64,000 bases of DNA from an uncultured Anaerolinea sp. (GCA_964462245.1 CAYWXS010000012.1:8866-72865); one strand, 5' to 3'. Positions 51,770 through 61,337 are shown, counted from the first letter of the stretch. Numbers and translations are program-made. Notes: generated by a model not told the origin, from the letters alone.

Positions 51770-53860
51770 TTAATTTATTTTTGTTTCCTGGTCGCTTAGC
51801 TCGAGTCGGTCCAGTAAAAAGGCATAATCAAAGGCGATCTCTTTCAGGAAGTCATAGCGCCCGGATGCCCCGGCGTGTCCGGCATCAAAATTGGTCTTGA
51901 GCAGCAACAGGTTATCATCGGTTTTCAATTCGCGTAGTTTGGCGGCAAACTTGGCTGGTTCCCAATATGCCACACGAGGATCATTCAGCCCGGTTGTAAT
52001 CAAAAGGTTGGGATAATTTGTGGCGCGGATATTGTCATACGGCGAGTAAGACATAATGTAATCAAAATATTGCCTGTCTTCCGGATTGCCCCATTGATCA
52101 TATTCCAATGTGGTGAGTGGGATGCTTGGGTCACTCATGGTGTTGACTACATCCACAAAGGGTACCTTGGCAATCACCGCCTTGAACAGATCTGGGCGCA
52201 TGGTCAATGCAGCTCCTACCAGCAAGCCACCCGCGCTCCCGCCCTGAATGGCAAGCTTTGTGTTTGAGGTATAGCCCTTTTCAATCAGGACCTCGGCGCA
52301 GGCAATAAAGTCAGTGAAAGTATTACGTTTGTTTAACATTTTGCCATCTTCGTACCAGGCCCGGCCCATTTCGGACCCACCCCGAATATGACCCATGGCA
52401 AAAATGAAGCCGCGCTCCAGCAGGCTTAAGCGGTTGGCATTAAAGGCAGGGTCTGTACTTGCGCCATAAGATCCATAGCTGTACAACAAGCAGGGGTTGC
52501 TACCGTCCATTTTTACCCCTTTTTTGAAGACGATCGAGAGCGGTACTCTGATTCCATCGGCTGCGTTTGCAAAGATACGTTCAGAGATATATTCCGTTTT
52601 GTTATACCCGCTTGGGATATCCTGTTCCTTTACTGCCTGCCAGGTTGCGTTATCCATCCCGTAATCTATGATTGAATTGGGTGTAACCAGAGATGTGTAG
52701 GTGAAGCGAAATAGTTGGCTGGTAAATTCTGGATTCTTTTCAGGCAGGATCACATAAGACGGTTCAGGAAATTGTACATAATGCACATTGCTGATGCCAT
52801 CCTGTGCTGAAATCCGGATTTGGTACAGTCCATTTTTGCGTTCAATCAAGACCAGGTGATTCTCGAAGGCTTCCAGTTCTTCCACCAAAATCTCCGGGCG
52901 GTGGGGAATAACCTCGCTCCAGTATTCCCGGCCGGGCGTGTTGGTGGAGGTGCGCATCAGTCTAAAGTTCTGTGCGTCCTCGTTGGACAGGATGAAAAAA
53001 TAGTCAGCGTGGTGGGTGGCAAAATACTCAATTCCGCGTTTGCGCTCCTGAATTAGCTTTAGTGCGCTTGTAGGCTGATTGGCGTCTAAAAACCGCATTT
53101 CACGCGTGTTGGTGCTGACGTGGTAGGTCATGATGAAGGCCTTGCTGCGAGTTTTTAACACAAATAAGAAAAAGGTTTCATCCGCTTCGTGAAAAACCAA
53201 AATATCCTGGTTTATGTCTGTTCCCAGATTATGCCGGTACAACTTGTATGGTCTGAGTGCCTCATCCTGTTTAACATAGAACAAGACCTGGCTGTTATCA
53301 TCCCATTCCACTCCGCTGTGATTGTAAACCGAGCCCCAGGTGTTTTCAATTATTTCGGGGTAAAGTGTGTCATTTGTCAGATCCTTGATATACAATATAC
53401 ATTTTTCGGACCCGTCTGCATCCACCGAATAGGCCAGTTTGCAGCCATCCGGGCTGACCGAAAAGGCTCCAATACGGCAGAAGCTCTTGCCTTCGGCCAG
53501 TTTGTTTTGGTCAAGCAGGATTTCTTCTGGAGATTGGAAGAGATCTTTTTTCCGACAGTAGATCGGGTACTGTGCACCTGCTTCGGTACGGGTGTAATAA
53601 AAATAATTCCCATTTTTTTCAGGCGCAGAGCTATCAGTTTCTTTAATACGATCTTTCATCTCGAGGAAGAGATTCTCTTGTAGGCCCTGGGTGTGCTGCA
53701 TCACCTCTTCCTGATAATCACTTTCAGCTCGTAGATAGGATATGACTTCCGGGTCTTCCTTGTGGCGCATCCAAAAATAGTTATCAATACGGGTTTGCCC
53801 GTGCTGGGTGATGCTGTGCGGACGTTTGGGAGCGAGGGGGGAGGAATGAAGTGAGGTCAT
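51770..53860 (-). CDS. ptrB: S9-family serine peptidase, oligopeptidase B-like
   Basis: 696 aa. Beta-propeller N-terminal half plus a catalytic domain with GGSAGGLL (GxSxGG). Confidence 0.85.
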   Translation of the reverse strand: MTSLHSSPLAPKRPHSITQHGQTRIDNYFWMRHKEDPEVISYLRAESDYQEEVMQHTQGLQENLFLEMKDRIKETDSSAPEKNGNYFYYTRTEAGAQYPIYCRKKDLFQSPEEILLDQNKLAEGKSFCRIGAFSVSPDGCKLAYSVDADGSEKCILYIKDLTNDTLYPEIIENTWGSVYNHSGVEWDDNSQVLFYVKQDEALRPYKLYRHNLGTDINQDILVFHEADETFFLFVLKTRSKAFIMTYHVSTNTREMRFLDANQPTSALKLIQERKRGIEYFATHHADYFFILSNEDAQNFRLMRTSTNTPGREYWSEVIPHRPEILVEELEAFENHLVLIERKNGLYQIRISAQDGISNVHYVQFPEPSYVILPEKNPEFTSQLFRFTYTSLVTPNSIIDYGMDNATWQAVKEQDIPSGYNKTEYISERIFANAADGIRVPLSIVFKKGVKMDGSNPCLLYSYGSYGASTDPAFNANRLSLLERGFIFAMGHIRGGSEMGRAWYEDGKMLNKRNTFTDFIACAEVLIEKGYTSNTKLAIQGGSAGGLLVGAALTMRPDLFKAVIAKVPFVDVVNTMSDPSIPLTTLEYDQWGNPEDRQYFDYIMSYSPYDNIRATNYPNLLITTGLNDPRVAYWEPAKFAAKLRELKTDDNLLLLKTNFDAGHAGASGRYDFLKEIAFDYAFLLDRLELSDQETKIN

Positions 53861-53878
53861 GATCTGTTTCCTGTTATT

Positions 53879-54352
53879 TTACTCAGGTTGGAGAATGATT
53901 TTGCGCGATTGAGCGTAGCGCACCAGGTCGGGTGTCGGGTTTTCGTATTCCTGATTCATCAGATTGGATGAAATGATGAAATCTGCAGTGGCTCGATTGG
54001 AGGCAGTGGGGATATTGTACAAGACAGCCAGCCGCAGCAGGGCTTTGATATCCGGGTCATGTGGTTGTTGTTCGAGCGGATCCCAGAAAAAGATCAGAAA
54101 ATCGATCTTTCCTTCTGCGATTTTTGCACCGATCTGTTGGTCACCGCCGATTGGTCCGCTTTTGAACTGCGTAATCGGCAGCCCCAATTCGTTTTCCAGC
54201 AGGCTGCCGGTTGTGCCGGTACCAAATAAGTGGTGACGGGAGAGGGTTTCGCGGTTAAAGCGTGTCCATTCCAGTAAATCTTTTTTCTTATTGTCATGGG
54301 CTACCAGCGCGATACGTTTTTTTACACCAATAATTGAATTGGGAAATGTCAT
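53879..54352 (-). CDS. mgsA: Methylglyoxal synthase
   Basis: IALVAHDNKKKDLLEW, GTGTTG, GPIGGDQQIGA and FFWDPLEQQPHDPD motifs. Confidence 0.9.
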   Translation of the reverse strand: MTFPNSIIGVKKRIALVAHDNKKKDLLEWTRFNRETLSRHHLFGTGTTGSLLENELGLPITQFKSGPIGGDQQIGAKIAEGKIDFLIFFWDPLEQQPHDPDIKALLRLAVLYNIPTASNRATADFIISSNLMNQEYENPTPDLVRYAQSRKIILQPE

Positions 54353-54455
54353 TTTTACCTTGCCTTTTTTTTAGAATTGGTTCTTTTGGTTCCAATCGAA
54401 TCTGGGAGAGTAAGTTCCGGTGGGGGACTGGTTTTTGACCATATTTTCGGAAGAT

Positions 54456-54485
54456 ATAAAAAATCCCCGCATGAGCGGGGATTTT
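54456..54485 (-). terminator. Intrinsic terminator after the LysM protein gene (minus strand)
   Basis: AAAATCCCCGC-atga-GCGGGGATTTT. A T-run follows on the minus strand, 5 nt after the stop. Confidence 0.85.
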
Positions 54486-54490
54486 CATGC

Positions 54491-55654
54491 TTATGGTTTG
54501 GGAGTTGCTTCCGGCGCTACGCCCTGCCAGGAAAAAACACGCTGCGATGATTTTTCGCCAGCACTATCCCAGAGAGGTTGTCCCTGGTCATCTGTGCCGG
54601 TTTGCCGTGCGGTGGAAATAAACCAGCGGAAGATGTGCGGTGCGCTATCCTTGGGACGGAATGAGACCGGCACGATATATTTTGTATCGTTAACGTAATC
54701 GATCAAACGGCGTCCCTGACCTTCGGTCACATCTTCGATGGTAACAACATAGGATTCATTGTCACGTAGTGTGCCAATCGAAGCCCACTGCAGGGTGATG
54801 TTGTCGTTTGCCAGCGTGAAGGATGCGCCGTCTGCAGGTAAGAGTAGATTGGCGGCTGGGTAAGGCGGTGGAATGGTGGCGGTGGGAGTGGGGCCTGGGG
54901 TTGCCGCCCGTTCGCAAAGTGGAATGGTCAGGTTCATCCCGAGGAAAACAGTATCGGTGCTTAACCCATTGTATGATTTGATTGCATCGCCAGGTACGGC
55001 GTAATTAGCCGAAATTGTTCCCAGTGTGTCGCCGTTCTGAACGGTATAAATTACCTTTTCACAGGCTGCCAGGGTGGCTGCGGCCGATTCCAGGGTACTC
55101 GTTGCTGCGGGAAGCGGAGTGGGCGTTGGATAGGGGATTTGGATGACCTGCCCAATTGAAAGACTGTTGCAGGAAGCTGGCAGGTTGTTCAGGATGATGA
55201 TGCTCTGGACTGAGACGTCAAAACTGACAGCAATGGATGTACAGGTATCGCCGGTCGAGATAGTGTAATCGTGCGGCGGCTGTAAAGTTGCTGTCGGGAT
55301 GGGTGTAGAAGTTACTGCTTCTGTGAATGCCACCGTGACAGTCAGTGTTGGGGTGGCGGTAGGTGTGCCTGCATTCGGGCTTGCTGCAGTGGTTTTGTCA
55401 CCTGTCAGACGCAGTATAAAAAACACCAAAGCTGCGCCAACGATCAGAAACAATGCAAGCAGACCCAGCACAGCCGGTAGGCTGAGCGTAATTTCGGGCA
55501 TGCGGCTGGCCTGAATGGCAGCTGGTTTTTTGGCTTCCATAGTCAGGTTTAGTTCCGTGCCGCACACCAGGCAGCGTGTGGCATTTTCCGCCAGGCGTGT
55601 ACCGCAGGTGGGGCAAATTTTAGTATTTGGGGTTAATGTGGTTTCTGGACTCAT
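54491..55654 (-). CDS. Zinc-ribbon / TM / double LysM peptidoglycan-binding protein
   Basis: N-terminal CPTCGTRLAENATRCLVCGTEL and one TM helix. Two LysM repeats: YTISTGDTCTSIAVSFDVSVQSIIILNNL and YTVQNGDTLGTISANYAVPGDAIKSYNGL. Confidence 0.82.
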   Translation of the reverse strand: MSPETTLTPNTKICPTCGTRLAENATRCLVCGTELNLTMEAKKPAAIQASRMPEITLSLPAVLGLLALFLIVGAALVFFILRLTGDKTTAASPNAGTPTATPTLTVTVAFTEAVTSTPIPTATLQPPHDYTISTGDTCTSIAVSFDVSVQSIIILNNLPASCNSLSIGQVIQIPYPTPTPLPAATSTLESAAATLAACEKVIYTVQNGDTLGTISANYAVPGDAIKSYNGLSTDTVFLGMNLTIPLCERAATPGPTPTATIPPPYPAANLLLPADGASFTLANDNITLQWASIGTLRDNESYVVTIEDVTEGQGRRLIDYVNDTKYIVPVSFRPKDSAPHIFRWFISTARQTGTDDQGQPLWDSAGEKSSQRVFSWQGVAPEATPKP

Positions 55655-55731
55655 ACAAGCGAAAATTATACCATGCTAAAACAACCTCAAAACATCCGCG
55701 TAATGGTCGTTATGCCTATGATTTTATATCC

Positions 55732-55761
55732 TGACTCACCAACCTTTTACTCTGCTATAAT
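55732..55761 (+). promoter_or_regulatory. Candidate promoter (TGACTC-18 nt-TATAAT) placing the transcription start at or near the E1-alpha ATG (leaderless)
   Basis: TATAAT at 55756-55761 is followed by 5 nt and then the ATG at 55767. No Shine-Dalgarno sequence is present. Confidence 0.35.
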
Positions 55762-55766
55762 TCAGC

Positions 55767-56684
55767 ATGATGACCAATAACTATGATCTCTACTATAACA
55801 TGCTGCTCATTCGCCGGTTTGAAGAGCGAGCTCTGGCAGAATTTTCTGCCGGAAAATTGTTTGGTACCACCCATGCTTACACCGGTCAGGAAGCGGATGC
55901 GGCAGCCATTTTTTCGGTCACCGCTTCTGATGACATCGTCTGGAGTAATCATCGTTGTCATGGGCACTTTCTTGCTTATGGGGGGGATCCTTACCGATTG
56001 GCAGCCGAGCTGATGGGTAAAGCTACCGGCCTGGTAGGTGGGCGGGGAGGAAGTCAGCATATCCATTGGCGTAATTTTTATTCCAATGGTATCCAGGGGG
56101 GCATAGTTCCAGTGGCTACCGGTATGGCTTTGGCTCAAAAATTGCAAAAAAAAACGGACATTGCTCTGGTATTCAGTGGCGATGGGACATTAGGCGAAGG
56201 GGCTGTTTATGAGAGCCTTAATATTGCCGCATTATGGCAGATCCCGATCCTGTTTGTGGTCGAGGATAATCGTTATGCCCAGACCACGCCGACTGACAAA
56301 GGGGTTAGTGGTTCCATGCGGGCTCGGTTTGAGGCTTTTGGCATACATACTTTCGAAGCTGATTCCAGCGATGTGCTTGTGATTCGCCAGCTGGCCGAAG
56401 AAGCCGTTCAGATAGTTCGCCAAAAGAGTCAACCAGCGGCGCTTGTGCTGCATACATATCGCTTTGGGGCTCATAGCAAGGGTGATGACCCGCGCAATCG
56501 TGAAGAGATTGCCAAAATTCGAGATCAATTTGACCCATTGATTATTCATTCTGCCCGACTTTCCGAGACCGAGTTGGCTCAGGCAGAAATAGAAGTAGCG
56601 GAGCAAATAGATCAGGCTTTTACTCGTGCTTTTGCCGATCCATTCCCACAGTTGCTGGAAAATGTTCAGCCTAACGAGGCTTGA
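55767..56684 (+). CDS. Thiamine-diphosphate-dependent 2-oxoacid dehydrogenase E1 alpha subunit
   Basis: FGTTHAYTGQEA and the ThDP motif GDGTLGEGAVYESLNIAALWQIPILFVVEDNRYA. Confidence 0.88.
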   Translation: MMTNNYDLYYNMLLIRRFEERALAEFSAGKLFGTTHAYTGQEADAAAIFSVTASDDIVWSNHRCHGHFLAYGGDPYRLAAELMGKATGLVGGRGGSQHIHWRNFYSNGIQGGIVPVATGMALAQKLQKKTDIALVFSGDGTLGEGAVYESLNIAALWQIPILFVVEDNRYAQTTPTDKGVSGSMRARFEAFGIHTFEADSSDVLVIRQLAEEAVQIVRQKSQPAALVLHTYRFGAHSKGDDPRNREEIAKIRDQFDPLIIHSARLSETELAQAEIEVAEQIDQAFTRAFADPFPQLLENVQPNEA

Positions 56685-56733
56685 GTAGGTGGAAATCCTG
56701 CTTCCTTCCATAATCTATAACCAATAAGAGTCT

Positions 56734-57738
56734 ATGCCAACCGTCCTCGAACGTCTCAATTTCGCTCTTCAGCATGTGATGGAAACCGATGAACGGGTTT
56801 ATTTAATCGGTGAAGATATCCTTGATCCATATGGTGGTGCCTTCAAGGTGACCAAAGGTCTTTCCACGCGTTTCCCTGAGCGGGTCTTGACTACTCCCAT
56901 TTCGGAATCGGCTATTGTTGGCATCAGCAGCGGGTTGGCGATGCGTGGGCTGCGTCCGGTGGCTGAAATTATGTTTGGCGATTTCGTCACCTTGACTGCT
57001 GACCAGCTCATCAATCATGCTGCTAAATTCCGCTGGATGTATAACGACCAGGTGCGCGTGCCGATTGTGGTACGTGCACCAATGGGGGGCAGGCGTGGTT
57101 ATGGGCCAACCCATTCGCAATCTTTGGAAAAACTTTTTCTGGGTGTGCCCGGTCTGCGCGTGGTGGCTCCCAATGCGCTTCAGGATCCGGCAGGGTTACT
57201 GCAGGCTGCAATTCTGCAAGACGAAGGTCCCATCCTGTTTATTGAACATAAGCTGCTTTATACCTGTTCTCTCCTGGAACCGGGTAAAGCTGAACTACTG
57301 GATTTCCAGATCGAAACAAGTGCGGAACCCTTCCCGGTTTCTGTCCTGCGCTTTCCGGCGGTTCTACATGGACAATTAACTATTGCGACTTATGGCTATA
57401 ACTTTGAGTTGGCCAGGGCTGCAGCGCTGAAACTGGCTTACGAATATGAGATTTTTGCAGAAATAGTGCTCTTCAGCCAACTCAGTCCCTTTGAGATTGA
57501 TCCGTTGATAGCTTCAGTGCGCCGAACAGGGCACTTACTGACGATCGAAGAGGGGACCCAGCCTGTGGGTTGGGGGGCAGAAATATCTGCTCAGGCAGCA
57601 GAAAAACTGCCTGGTTTAAAAATTCGGCGTGCGGCTGCGCTTAATCTGCCGATTGCAAATGCTAAAACACTCGAAGATGCCATCCTGCCCTCGCAGGAAA
57701 AAATTCTAAAGCTTGCCCTTGAAATTCTAAAAAAGTAG
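56734..57738 (+). CDS. 2-oxoacid dehydrogenase E1 beta subunit
   Basis: VLTTPISESAIVGISSGLAMRGLRPVAEIMFGDF and a transketolase-C-like C-terminus. Confidence 0.88.
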   Translation: MPTVLERLNFALQHVMETDERVYLIGEDILDPYGGAFKVTKGLSTRFPERVLTTPISESAIVGISSGLAMRGLRPVAEIMFGDFVTLTADQLINHAAKFRWMYNDQVRVPIVVRAPMGGRRGYGPTHSQSLEKLFLGVPGLRVVAPNALQDPAGLLQAAILQDEGPILFIEHKLLYTCSLLEPGKAELLDFQIETSAEPFPVSVLRFPAVLHGQLTIATYGYNFELARAAALKLAYEYEIFAEIVLFSQLSPFEIDPLIASVRRTGHLLTIEEGTQPVGWGAEISAQAAEKLPGLKIRRAAALNLPIANAKTLEDAILPSQEKILKLALEILKK

Positions 57739-57745
57739 GAATATT

Positions 57746-58852
57746 ATGGCCACTTCTCCCATTCTTGTGCCGCTATTAAACGCCAATGAGCCTGAGGCTC
57801 GTCTGGTCACAATCCATACCAGGGATGGTGCACCTGTAAAAAAAGGTGATTTACTCTTTACCATTGAAACAACCAAAGCTGCGGCGGAAATTGATGCACC
57901 GGAGACTGGTTTTTTTAGATTATTAGCTGCCGAAGATACTACCTTTGCTGTTGGGGATATCCTGGCTTTTATTACTACTGCAGCAGATGAAACGCTGCCA
58001 AAAATGCCCGCCAGCGCTTTATCAATCAGCGCAGCGTTGGAACCAGCAATTACAGGGTCTGTGTCTGGCGAATTGCGTATGACCCGGCCTGCGCGTGAAC
58101 TGGCCCAGGTTTTGGGTCTGGACCTCTCCACGCTGCCTCGTGATCGTTTGATCACTGAAGCTTTGCTGCGACAGTTGACCCAAGCCCCTTCCCAGGATAT
58201 ATCTGTGCCATTGAATGCCCCGATTGTTATCTATGGCGCAGGTGGACATGCTAAGGCTGTGATGGAAATGGTCCGGGCTTTGGGTACTTTTCAGATTGCT
58301 GGGATCGTAGATGATAACCCTGCTCTAACGGGGAGTTCTGTATTGGGGATCCAGGTTTTAGGAACCCGTGAAATACTCAGTCGATTATACGAGCAGGGCA
58401 TTCACCTGGCTGCCAACGGTGTGGGTGGGATTATCAATATCGGAATTCGTATCAACCTGTTCCAACTGCTCGGCATGCAAGGTTTTGCCTTTCCGGCTTT
58501 ATGTCATCCGCGTGCCACGCTGGAAGCCTCAGCGCATGTTTTTGATGGAGTGCAGGTCTTTGCGAATGCCTATGTTGGTTCGTCCGCTGTACTTCACGAA
58601 AAGTGTATGATTAATACGGGTGCGATCATCTCGCATGACTGTCACATCGGTGCATATTCGCATATTGCGCCGGGTGCCCTGTTGGCTGGGCACGTGGTGG
58701 TTGGGGAAAAAGCGCTGGTCGGTATGGGTGTTACCACCGCCATCGGTATTCGCATCGGTTCTGGAGCACGTATTGGCAATGGCGCCATCCTGCTGGCGGA
58801 TGTGCCGGAAAGGGCAATTGTCCCGGCTGGCAAGGTTTGGACTGCTTCGTAA
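57746..58852 (+). CDS. Lipoyl domain + subunit-binding-like segment fused to a NeuD/PglD-type left-handed beta-helix acyltransferase (non-canonical E2 position)
   Basis: N-terminal lipoyl-type motif DLLFTIETTKAAAEIDAPETG. PSBD-like segment RMTRPARELAQVLGLDLSTL. The C-terminus has IVIYGAGGHAKAVMEMV...IAGIVDD, then hexapeptide repeats with TGAIISHDCHIGAYSHIAPGALLAG, matching the NeuD/PglD family pattern. There is no DHRxxDG E2 catalytic motif. Confidence 0.7.
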   Translation: MATSPILVPLLNANEPEARLVTIHTRDGAPVKKGDLLFTIETTKAAAEIDAPETGFFRLLAAEDTTFAVGDILAFITTAADETLPKMPASALSISAALEPAITGSVSGELRMTRPARELAQVLGLDLSTLPRDRLITEALLRQLTQAPSQDISVPLNAPIVIYGAGGHAKAVMEMVRALGTFQIAGIVDDNPALTGSSVLGIQVLGTREILSRLYEQGIHLAANGVGGIINIGIRINLFQLLGMQGFAFPALCHPRATLEASAHVFDGVQVFANAYVGSSAVLHEKCMINTGAIISHDCHIGAYSHIAPGALLAGHVVVGEKALVGMGVTTAIGIRIGSGARIGNGAILLADVPERAIVPAGKVWTAS

Positions 58853-58898
58853 TAATTTGTCGAGTAATTATCTGTTTTTACAAAAAATTGGAGTTAAC

Positions 58899-59777
58899 AT
58901 GATCGATCCTGTAATTTTTTCGTTTCATATCGGTACTTTTGAATTCGCGCTGCGCTGGTATGGCATATTGGTCATGCTGGGTGTGGTGGTTGCTGGTTGG
59001 TTCGCCAGTCGGGAAGTTGCCCGCCGTGGAGAAAATGGCGAATCGGTCTGGGATGCGCTGATCTGGATTTTGCCCGCTGGCATTGTTGGGGCACGCTTGT
59101 GGTATGTGGCCAATGCCACCCTGGGTGGTAATATGTACTATGCTCAAAACCCGATCCAGATTATGAATATTCCACAGGGTGGCTTGCATTTTTATGGCGG
59201 CTTGTTATTTGGTGCGGTTGCGATGGCCTTCTATCTACGGCAGTACAAAATGGATTTCTGGCTCTTTCTGGATGCTATTGCGCCTGCCACCTTGCTGGGG
59301 CAGGCTATCGCACGTCCTGCCAATTTTATCAACCAGGAATTATATGGTCAGCCAACCACATTACCATGGGGTATTCCAATTGATGCAGTCCATCGACTTG
59401 GCATTTATCAGGACATGGTGCAATTTCCGGCTGCAACAACTCGATTCCATCCGACCTTTGCTTATGAGATGATCTGGAATTTCCTGACATTTGCACTTAT
59501 CATTTTTATTTCGCGTCGCTTTGCCGGGCAAATTAAACCGGGGACATTATTCTTTGGTTGGTTGGTGGCGGCTGGGTTGGGTCGTTTCCTGATTGAGTTC
59601 TTTCGACCGGATCAGCCGCATCTCGGGACTTCTTGGGTTAGCACCACACAGGTGGTGACCATCCTGATGATGATCGCTGGGTTACTCTTACTGGCTTATC
59701 GTTTCGGAAAGCTGAAGCTTCCGCTGCCGGCTTTGCCTGATGAATATAAGCTGGCGCCTGCTGTAAAAAAGGCCTGA
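58899..59777 (+). CDS. lgt: Prolipoprotein diacylglyceryl transferase
   Basis: MIDPVIFSFHIGTFEFALRWYGILVMLG and the HPTFAYEMIWN motif. GGAG precedes the ATG at 58899. The upstream 279 nt of the track ORF overlap the previous gene. Confidence 0.88.
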   Translation: MIDPVIFSFHIGTFEFALRWYGILVMLGVVVAGWFASREVARRGENGESVWDALIWILPAGIVGARLWYVANATLGGNMYYAQNPIQIMNIPQGGLHFYGGLLFGAVAMAFYLRQYKMDFWLFLDAIAPATLLGQAIARPANFINQELYGQPTTLPWGIPIDAVHRLGIYQDMVQFPAATTRFHPTFAYEMIWNFLTFALIIFISRRFAGQIKPGTLFFGWLVAAGLGRFLIEFFRPDQPHLGTSWVSTTQVVTILMMIAGLLLLAYRFGKLKLPLPALPDEYKLAPAVKKA

Positions 59778-59787
59778 AAAGAATAAT

Positions 59788-59823
59788 AAAAGGTCCCCTC
59801 TCAAATAATGATGGGGACCTTTT
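59788..59823. terminator. Bidirectional terminator between lgt and the sulfotransferase gene
   Basis: AAAAGGTCCCC (59788-59798) pairs with GGGGACCTTTT (59813-59823). Confidence 0.8.
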
Positions 59824-59834
59824 ATATTATTTAA

Positions 59835-61058
59835 TTAGTCGCCAGCCAGGGGTACTTCGGCTGAAAAGATCGGCATGATTTGTGGTCTCACGGGCGCAGG
59901 TTTATTTTGTTCGCGCCGGTCAAAATTAAAGCGATCAAAAATATCATCAAATTCACGCAGGATCTCTTCGTGACTGAAACCCATTTCTTCATAATGATAG
60001 ACATGGTCACTATGGTAACTGTGGGTTTCTTCAATTGCGACTTGAATAATGTGGTCCAGACCGGAGTTTTTGGTATAGCCAAACTGCTCGTATATTGTAC
60101 GGATGATTTGATCCGGCCAGCGGATCAGGTCATCATAATTCAGAATCATCTTTGTGGGTGACGGGTTCTCGTCCATGACTTTAAGCGGGTGGTGGTACCA
60201 GTATTTGGTTAGCGCCAGAACATGGTCGCGGTACAAGTATTTTTGCCCCGGTTCGCTAAAGACATTCCATGCATAACTCAGCCACGAGATGGTGGAGGGC
60301 AGCATGTCCAATGGGTTGCGTGCCAGGTAAAGGATGCGTGCATCCGGGAAGAACTCCAGCAGTGTCTCGATTTTTGCGCTGGAAGCCGGGCTTTTAGAGA
60401 CGAAGTGGCTTTTGCCACCGGTGGCGTAAATATGCCGTTGTATGCAAGCCCGGTAAAAACCCATGATACGTTTTTTTTCAGAATCCGGCAGGGCATCATC
60501 GAAAAATTGGTACGGTGGCATGTCATCCAAAAATGGGAAAAGAAAACTGACAAAGAATGTGGACCAGGCATGCAACAGGATATTCTCATCTTCTTCGGGT
60601 TCGAAGAGGCTGATTTTGTGGATATGGACCTTACCCAATGATTGTTTATCAATGTTCCGGAGCGCATTCACCAGTGGGCTACCAAATATCCGGTCGATTT
60701 TGGCCATGCCCCGGAACATTTTGCGCTGTGTGATGGATGGCATCAGGAAGATATCCCAGGTGCGCAGGCTGGTAAACATATCTGCATCGCGTGAAAGCAG
60801 GCGGTGCAGGAAGGTAGAGCCGCTGCGAAAATTGCCAAGAATGAAGAGCGGTTTTTCGATGGCTTGTTGTTTGTAGGCTGGGAAGAGTAAGTCGTCCAGA
60901 AAAAAACATAACCAGGTAAACAGAGACCAACCCGGCCAGACGGTATAAAAGATGAGTAGAAATGTGATGCGCTTGCGGGTGAGTTTCCCGTAGGTGTCTT
61001 TGGATTTAAAAACTGAACGGTATGCCAGTCGCCAGAACAGGCGGAAATTGTATGCCAT
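59835..61058 (-). CDS. Sulfotransferase-family protein with N-terminal membrane segment
   Basis: 5'-PSB-like GNFRSGSTFLHRLL and 3'-PB-like YLARNPLDMLPSTISW. A hydrophobic N-terminal helix is present. Confidence 0.72.
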   Translation of the reverse strand: MAYNFRLFWRLAYRSVFKSKDTYGKLTRKRITFLLIFYTVWPGWSLFTWLCFFLDDLLFPAYKQQAIEKPLFILGNFRSGSTFLHRLLSRDADMFTSLRTWDIFLMPSITQRKMFRGMAKIDRIFGSPLVNALRNIDKQSLGKVHIHKISLFEPEEDENILLHAWSTFFVSFLFPFLDDMPPYQFFDDALPDSEKKRIMGFYRACIQRHIYATGGKSHFVSKSPASSAKIETLLEFFPDARILYLARNPLDMLPSTISWLSYAWNVFSEPGQKYLYRDHVLALTKYWYHHPLKVMDENPSPTKMILNYDDLIRWPDQIIRTIYEQFGYTKNSGLDHIIQVAIEETHSYHSDHVYHYEEMGFSHEEILREFDDIFDRFNFDRREQNKPAPVRPQIMPIFSAEVPLAGD

Positions 61059-61337
61059 ACGGGCTTACGATCCTTCTATCTCGAAAATTACTGGCGTAAT
61101 AGCATACTGAGTTTTCTGGTCACCAGCGACCAGTATCTCATTTTATCAGAACACCGTTCAGTCCGGATGAGATGTGAAGAACAGCAGTAGTACATCCTAG
61201 CCAGTGGGTAAATTCCACCGCGAGCTTGAATATGGAACTTTGAGAACGACTATCCTGAACATCTCTGCGTTCGCTTTTACGAACTTTGAGGTGGAAGTGT
61301 AATTATAAGATACGCCGGAATTGAAGTATGCTTAATT

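Noticed and set aside
58620-58898. N-terminal 93-codon extension of the lgt ORF (track start 58620)
   Set aside because: It overlaps the 3' part of the acyltransferase gene in another frame. Lgt homology begins at the ATG at 58899, which has its own GGAG.
61059-61337. 279-nt gap between the sulfotransferase and transglutaminase-like genes examined for a riboswitch, sRNA or small ORF
   Set aside because: Only short 5-6-bp hairpins are present, with no promoter-terminator pair and no SD-preceded small ORF. Nothing supportable can be called from the sequence alone.
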